Part shown: piece after piece, positions 59,185 through 64,000 of the stretch | How the letters are laid out: every line of letters begins with the position of its first letter | Numbering within the stretch: the first letter of the stretch is position 1 | Assembly: GCA_041737965.1 (NCBI GenBank) | Contig: JBGSQT010000030.1 | Location: forward strand, 6,633-70,632 | From: Spirochaetota bacterium | Lineage (GTDB): Bacteria > Spirochaetota > UBA4802 > UBA5550 | Reading direction: 5' to 3' | DNA length: 64,000 bases | The notes under the pieces: generated by a model | Database searches by the model: none | Told to the model about the DNA's origin: nothing | Seen by the model: the letters and a program-made list of their open reading frames with translations, nothing else | Made by a program: the position numbers and the translations under genes

Positions 59185-59522
59185 GGCGCTTTTACCTTAT
59201 CCCGGGTCTGCATGTCGTCCTGCTGACGCTGTTCACCGGTCATTTCACCCAGAATGCTGTTCACCAGGTTGTGCTGTCCCGTTGACCCCATATAACAGCC
59301 GATCCCCGCGTTCACCGACGAGAACGATATCCCGATCACGCACAGCACAATTCCGGCGATTGCCATCCCCTTTTTCGGGGAATCAAACGCCCGCAGTCCC
59401 AGCACAAGCCCGGTGATGCTCGCGGGAAAACCGAGAAAAGGGAACAGCCAAATAATGAGGCCGACGATGCCCAGAATCATCGAGGTTTTCGCGAACCGGG
59501 CCGATTTCTCTTCTGTATTCAT
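59181..59522 (-). CDS. DUF4190-like small membrane protein
   Basis: A..SMILGIVG, GLVLG, KGMAIAGIVL; AAGGA RBS before MNTEEK. Confidence 0.75.
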   Translation of the reverse strand: MNTEEKSARFAKTSMILGIVGLIIWLFPFLGFPASITGLVLGLRAFDSPKKGMAIAGIVLCVIGISFSSVNAGIGCYMGSTGQHNLVNSILGEMTGEQRQQDDMQTRDKVKAP

Positions 59523-59987
59523 ATTCCTTTCCTTATTATGTCGCCTGATTGTCATGGAAATACACGATAGAAATGTACGCTATGCAAACCGATACGTCAA
59601 CCTTATTTCCCCGGGATTTTCAGGCGAACGGGGAATTTCCCTCATCAGCCGTACATTGAGGCGGTAACGCCGGAATGTACGGCATCACCCGCCGCACCCC
59701 AAAGCCGCGTTTTGTTACGATCATGTTACAAAAGCGTTATGCGTTATATGTAATTCGCCATCATGTTACGGCTCGGTTAAATAGTAGGCATGAAAGACGA
59801 ATAATCCGCACCTGATATTGACAATTTTATCATCATTGTGTTTTTTGATCTTATGCAGGGACGTTCTCTGCGCCGGTTTGAAGAGTGACAGAATAAAGCG
59901 AGGCCGGCGCGGGAAAAAGGGGAGTCCCCCGGCGATTTCATCGAAATGCGTGTCGCCGGATATCGTTTAAAATATGTGGAGGACGAT

Positions 59988-61211
59988 ATGATTAATTATA
60001 CCGACACGGCATGGATGCTTGTGGCCACCGCGATGGTCATGGTAATGACGCCGACACTCGCCTTTTTCTACGGCGGCCTTGTCAGAAAAAAGAACGTGCT
60101 TTCCGTGCTGATGCAGACGATCGTGATACTCTCGGTCGTTTCCATTCAGTGGATCCTTTTCGGATACAGCCTCGCCTTCGGGCCCGATGTGGGAGGTGTT
60201 ATCGGCAACCTCTCTTATGCGGCGTTCCAGGGAGTGGGCATGAACCCGATCGAGGGGCAGACGATCCCGCACCAGCTCTTCGCGGCGTTTCAGATGATGT
60301 TTGCCGTTATTACTCCGGCCCTCATCGTCGGCGCCTTTGTCGAGCGCATAAAGTTCAGCGGTTTTCTCGTCTTCACGATCCTGTGGACGACGCTGATTTA
60401 CGATCCCATGGCCCACTGGGTATGGGCCGCCGGCGGCTGGCTCATGGGGCTGGGGGCGCTGGACTTCGCCGGCGGCACGGTCATCCATATTCTCGCGGGT
60501 GTTTCGGCGCTGGTGATGGCGCTTCTTCTCGGCAAGAGGAAAGGGCTGGCGGCCGGGCCGTCTCCGCATAACCTTCCGCTTGCGGTGCTGGGGGCCGGTT
60601 TTCTCTGGTTCGGGTGGTTCGGGTTTAACGCCGGGAGCGCCCTTTCCGTCGGACCGGTGACGGTGTCCGCTTTTATCAACACCAACACTGCCGCGGCAGC
60701 CGCAGCGGTCACCTGGATGGTCCTGGACTGGATCGAGAACAAGGTGCCGACGATGCTTGGCGTCATTACCGGTCTCGTGGCCGGGCTTGTGGCGATAACG
60801 CCGGCTGCCGGTTACGTGACCCCGCTCTCATCGATGATCATCGGCGCCGTAGGCAGTATCTTCGGTTTTATTTTCGTGTCAAAGGTGAAGCCGAAATTCG
60901 GGTATGACGATTCACTTGACGTGTTCGGAGTGCACGGGGTCGCCGGTATCGTCGGCGCGCTGCTGACCGGGATTTTCGCGACCAAGTCCATCAACCCCGC
61001 GGGCAATGACGGCCTTCTTTACGGAAATCCGGGACAGCTGCTGGTGCAGGCCCTGGCAGTGGGCGTGGCGATCCTATTCGCCGCGGCGGGGACCTTCATT
61101 ATCTACAAGGTCGTGGACTTTGTAATCGGCATGAGAGTGGACGACCGCTCCGAGTACATGGGGCTTGATCTCACCCAGCACCATGAGTCCGGCTACACCC
61201 TGATGGAATAA
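59988..61211 (+). CDS. amtB: Ammonium transporter
   Basis: FYGGLV, FQMMFAVIT, DFAGGTVIH, WFGWFGFNAGS, DDSLDVFGVHG. Confidence 0.97.
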   Translation: MINYTDTAWMLVATAMVMVMTPTLAFFYGGLVRKKNVLSVLMQTIVILSVVSIQWILFGYSLAFGPDVGGVIGNLSYAAFQGVGMNPIEGQTIPHQLFAAFQMMFAVITPALIVGAFVERIKFSGFLVFTILWTTLIYDPMAHWVWAAGGWLMGLGALDFAGGTVIHILAGVSALVMALLLGKRKGLAAGPSPHNLPLAVLGAGFLWFGWFGFNAGSALSVGPVTVSAFINTNTAAAAAAVTWMVLDWIENKVPTMLGVITGLVAGLVAITPAAGYVTPLSSMIIGAVGSIFGFIFVSKVKPKFGYDDSLDVFGVHGVAGIVGALLTGIFATKSINPAGNDGLLYGNPGQLLVQALAVGVAILFAAAGTFIIYKVVDFVIGMRVDDRSEYMGLDLTQHHESGYTLME

Positions 61212-61223
61212 GGAGGAAATACG

Positions 61224-61565
61224 ATGAAATATGTAATCGCGATAATCAAGCCGCACAAGCTCGAATCGGTCAAGGCCGAGCTTGAGAAAGAGGAAGTGCA
61301 TCTCATGACGGTGGTCGATGCTCTTGGATGCGGGCGCCAGAAAGGGGTCACCGAGGTGTACCGGGGCGTAAAGGAGGTTGGAAACCTTCTGCGAAAGGTG
61401 AAGCTGGAAATCGCAGTCAACGATAATTTTCTCGATCGGACCATCGGCGCGATCACCAGGGGCGCCGGGGAAGGGGAAATCGGAGACGGAAAAATCTTCG
61501 TCTTCGACCTCAAAGACTGCATCAGGATCCGCACCGGCGAACGGGGGAATGAAGCGATCGGATAA
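61224..61565 (+). CDS. glnK: P-II nitrogen regulatory protein
   Basis: [38 protein letters not shown]; follows amtB. Confidence 0.93.
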   Translation: MKYVIAIIKPHKLESVKAELEKEEVHLMTVVDALGCGRQKGVTEVYRGVKEVGNLLRKVKLEIAVNDNFLDRTIGAITRGAGEGEIGDGKIFVFDLKDCIRIRTGERGNEAIG

Positions 61566-61570
61566 ACACG

Positions 61571-61606
61571 GGGCGGGGCGGATGTGTGTGATGTCCGCGC
61601 CGCCCT
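61571..61606 (+). terminator. GC-rich hairpin after glnK (possible terminator)
   Basis: GGGCGGGGCGGA...TCCGCGCCGCCC; only a weak U tract follows. Confidence 0.45.
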
Positions 61607-61640
61607 TCAGGCCGTCCGGCTGACACGAATGATTTCATAT

Positions 61641-61687
61641 ATCGTGAGGGAGGTTCCGATGGGAAACCGGAGGACCTCCCTCACGAT
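61641..61687. repeat. Long intergenic inverted repeat
   Basis: ATCGTGAGGGAGGTTC-N15-GGACCTCCCTCACGAT (16-bp stem, one GU pair). Confidence 0.8.
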
Positions 61688-61857
61688 TATAGTTCTGATT
61701 TACCCGCACAAATTTCAATCTTCAGACACCGATAGTTATCGCCTCTCCATTCGTGCATGATTCTTTACGCGAAAACATGCCACATCCCATTTAAAATGGA
61801 AAAATAACGTAAAAAGCTTGATTTTTATTCCTTAAATCTCAGTATTAATCCAATAAT

Positions 61858-61994
61858 GACCGAGCGCCCGACCGGAAAGGAGAGATGAAACTACCTTGCC
61901 CTTCTTTTATAAGGCTTCCCATCAATCAACCCGGTGTGGTTCCGGGCTGAAATTTGAGTATATGTACACAGAAAAAGCGACCGATCGCTCGATC
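61858..61994 (+). promoter_or_regulatory. Two candidate TetR operators upstream of tetR-icmF
   Basis: GACCGAGCGCCCGACC (61858-61873) and GACCGATCGCTCGATC (61979-61994), both near the palindrome GACCGAGCGCTCGGTC. Confidence 0.6.
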
Positions 61995-62018
61995 AATTAT
62001 GCTGACGAGAGGTGACCC

Positions 62019-62657
62019 ATGAAAGAGGCCGAAGACGCCACCAGGGGCGTTTCCACACAGATCAAAAACGTCACCCTTGTGGAAAAGAGACGCGGCCAGA
62101 TAATCGATGCCGCGGTGCATCTTTTTGTGGAAAAAGGTTTTCATAAAACCACGACACGGCAGATCGCGGCGCGCGCGGGCCTCGCCAGCGGATCGATGTA
62201 CGAGTATGTCGCCTCGAAAGAGGACATTCTGTATCTGGTGTGCGTGGCCATTCATGATGAGATGGAAAAGAGCATAACTGAGGTGCTCGAAAAAGCGGGT
62301 CAGGGTGAGCATCTCCTGGCCGACGTGATAAGGGAGTACTTCATGGTGTGCCACCGCATGAAGGAGCACATACTGCTGATCTATCAGGAGGCGAAATCGC
62401 TTCCGGAACAGTGGCGGCGGCGGGTGCTGGACAGCGAGGTCAGGATAACCAGGATTTTCGGTGACTATATTCGGAAGCTCATCGGGTCCGGCGACCTGCC
62501 CATTCTCGACGAGGCCACCGTTGACATGGCGGCGCACAACATTACAGTACTGGGGCACATGTGGACCTTTCGCCGGTGGGCCTTCGGGAAAAGATACGGC
62601 ATCGAGGAATACACGGCCATACAGACCGAGTTTATCATCGGCATATTGCGCAAATGA
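62019..62657 (+). CDS. TetR/AcrR-family transcriptional regulator
   Basis: RRGQIIDAAVHLFVEKGFHKTTTRQIA...GSMYEYVASKEDIL. Confidence 0.94.
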   Translation: MKEAEDATRGVSTQIKNVTLVEKRRGQIIDAAVHLFVEKGFHKTTTRQIAARAGLASGSMYEYVASKEDILYLVCVAIHDEMEKSITEVLEKAGQGEHLLADVIREYFMVCHRMKEHILLIYQEAKSLPEQWRRRVLDSEVRITRIFGDYIRKLIGSGDLPILDEATVDMAAHNITVLGHMWTFRRWAFGKRYGIEEYTAIQTEFIIGILRK

Positions 62658-62708
62658 GACGAACCGGCACACCGATCGGGTCCCGGATATTTTTTCAAGG
62701 ATACTGGA

Positions 62709-64000
62709 ATGAAAAGCGAAGCTGAAATCCACAAGCCGGAAAACCACATACGGGTGGTGACCGCCACCTCTCTCTTCGACGGGCATGACGCGGCCATCAA
62801 CATCATCCGCCGCATGCTCCAGGACACCGGCGTCGAGGTGATTCATTTGGGGCACAACAGGTCGGCAGGCGAGATTGTCGGCGCCGCGATCGAGGAGGAC
62901 GCGCACGCAATCGCGGTGTCCTGTTACCAGGGCGGGCATATGGAATTTTTCAAATACATGGTTGATCTGCTGAACGAAAACGGGGCGTCCCACATCAGGG
63001 TATTCGGCGGCGGCGGAGGGGTCATTATACCGGAGGAGATTCTCGAGCTTGAGGCGTACGGAGTCGAAAAGATATATTCGCCCGATGACGGCGCCAGAAT
63101 GGGGCTTCAGGGAATGATAAACCATATGGTCGGGCTCATCGATCATCCGCTCGTCCGATATGACGGCCTTACCTGTGAAAATCTCTCCCCTGAACACAAG
63201 ACGACCGTGGCGCGATTCATTTCGGCGATAGAGCTTTCGAAAGCGGATAATCCGGCACGTCACGCGGAAATAATGGCTGAAGTGAGGTCGCGCATCGGAG
63301 AAAGAAAGATTCCGGTTGTCGGGGTCACCGGTACCGGAGGCGCGGGAAAATCCTCGCTCATCGACGAAATAGTGCTGCGCCTCATCAGGGACAACAGGGA
63401 TTTGCGCGTGGCGATCCTGAGCAGCGATCCCTCCCGGCGCAAGACCGGCGGCGCACTTCTGGGGGACCGTATCCGCATGAACGCCATTGGCGGGCCGCGC
63501 GTGTACATGCGCTCCTTTGCCACGAGAAACGCGGAAGGGGAAATATCCGAAGCCATTGCCGATGCCATCGATGTCGCACGGGCTGCAGGCTTTGATTTCA
63601 TCATTGCCGAGACCGCCGGCGCCGGACAGGCTGACGCGCATATTCCTGATCTTGTCGACGTGTCGGTGTACGTGATGACCGGTGAGTACGGGGCTCCGTC
63701 CCAGCTCGAAAAGATCGCCATGCTTGATTACGCGGACGTGATAGTCATAAACAAATTCGAGAAGCAGGGGAGCGAGGACGCGCGCCGCGACGTGCTGAAA
63801 CAGGTCCAGCGGAACAGGCGCGCCTTCGACATGCAGCCGGAGCAGATGCCGGTATACGGGACCATCGCCTCGAGGTTCAATGACGACGGGGTGACGTCGC
63901 TGTACGCCGGGCTTCTTGATCTCGTGAAGGAACGAACCGGCATCTCCCTCGAGACTGCGTATCCCCGCACCTCATCAAAAGTGCCGGCGACAATGACCAT
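62709..64000 (+). CDS. icmF: Fused isobutyryl-CoA mutase / MeaB-type GTPase IcmF, 5' part; runs off the right edge
   Basis: Not in the ORF track. Manual translation gives MKSEAEIHKPENHIRVVTATSLFDGHDAAINIIRR (B12 DxHxx), SCYQGGH, then GVTGTGGAGKSSLIDE, GGALLGDRIRMN, ETAG and NKFE (GTPase). Confidence 0.95.
   Translation, partial: MKSEAEIHKPENHIRVVTATSLFDGHDAAINIIRRMLQDTGVEVIHLGHNRSAGEIVGAAIEEDAHAIAVSCYQGGHMEFFKYMVDLLNENGASHIRVFGGGGGVIIPEEILELEAYGVEKIYSPDDGARMGLQGMINHMVGLIDHPLVRYDGLTCENLSPEHKTTVARFISAIELSKADNPARHAEIMAEVRSRIGERKIPVVGVTGTGGAGKSSLIDEIVLRLIRDNRDLRVAILSSDPSRRKTGGALLGDRIRMNAIGGPRVYMRSFATRNAEGEISEAIADAIDVARAAGFDFIIAETAGAGQADAHIPDLVDVSVYVMTGEYGAPSQLEKIAMLDYADVIVINKFEKQGSEDARRDVLKQVQRNRRAFDMQPEQMPVYGTIASRFNDDGVTSLYAGLLDLVKERTGISLETAYPRTSSKVPATMT

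Noticed and set aside
59861-59960. glnA-type glutamine riboswitch before amtB
   Set aside because: The 5' CGUUC is present, but the GGAAGUA E-loop and closing GAACG strand are missing; kept only as an unknown structured leader.
61926-63641. 571-aa minus-strand ORF
   Set aside because: Antisense shadow of tetR and icmF, which carry clear family motifs on the plus strand.

Overview
This window reads as ordinary chromosomal DNA from a moderately GC-rich, probably anaerobic diderm bacterium. A free-living Spirochaetota is inferred from the HATPase-like/HDOD, SpoIIE and STAS signalling repertoire; this is not proven. I see no tRNA, rRNA, integrase, transposase, prophage or CRISPR array. Core content: RNase P RNA, ddl, sppA, cysK-metY-rrf2, cysM, a full nqr(M)ABCDEF operon, cusCBA, an orphan AcrB-type pump, amtB-glnK and tetR-icmF (cut by the right edge). 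Metal handling is a recurring theme. (1) The best candidate for an undescribed system is a Mo/W-type module at 52.8-58.6 kb: an excisionase-HTH/periplasmic-binding-fold regulator (TaoR-like), four phased 10-bp direct repeats, a TonB-dependent receptor, an unusual fusion protein (N-terminal hydrophobic segment, two Cys-less sulfite-oxidase-fold domains with an inserted CxxCH motif, and a tetrapyrrole-methylase domain) and a Mop/TOBE protein. (2) A NiCo (czcD) riboswitch with an overlapping terminator lies between an ArsR/CadC repressor and an SRPBCC-ICMT-ICMT-CDF operon. Also notable are an 85-aa HxH-repeat peptide that is 40% His, a stand-alone cereblon (CULT) protein, a REP-like repeat cluster and a structured amtB leader. 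All calls were made by eye from motifs; no database search was run.
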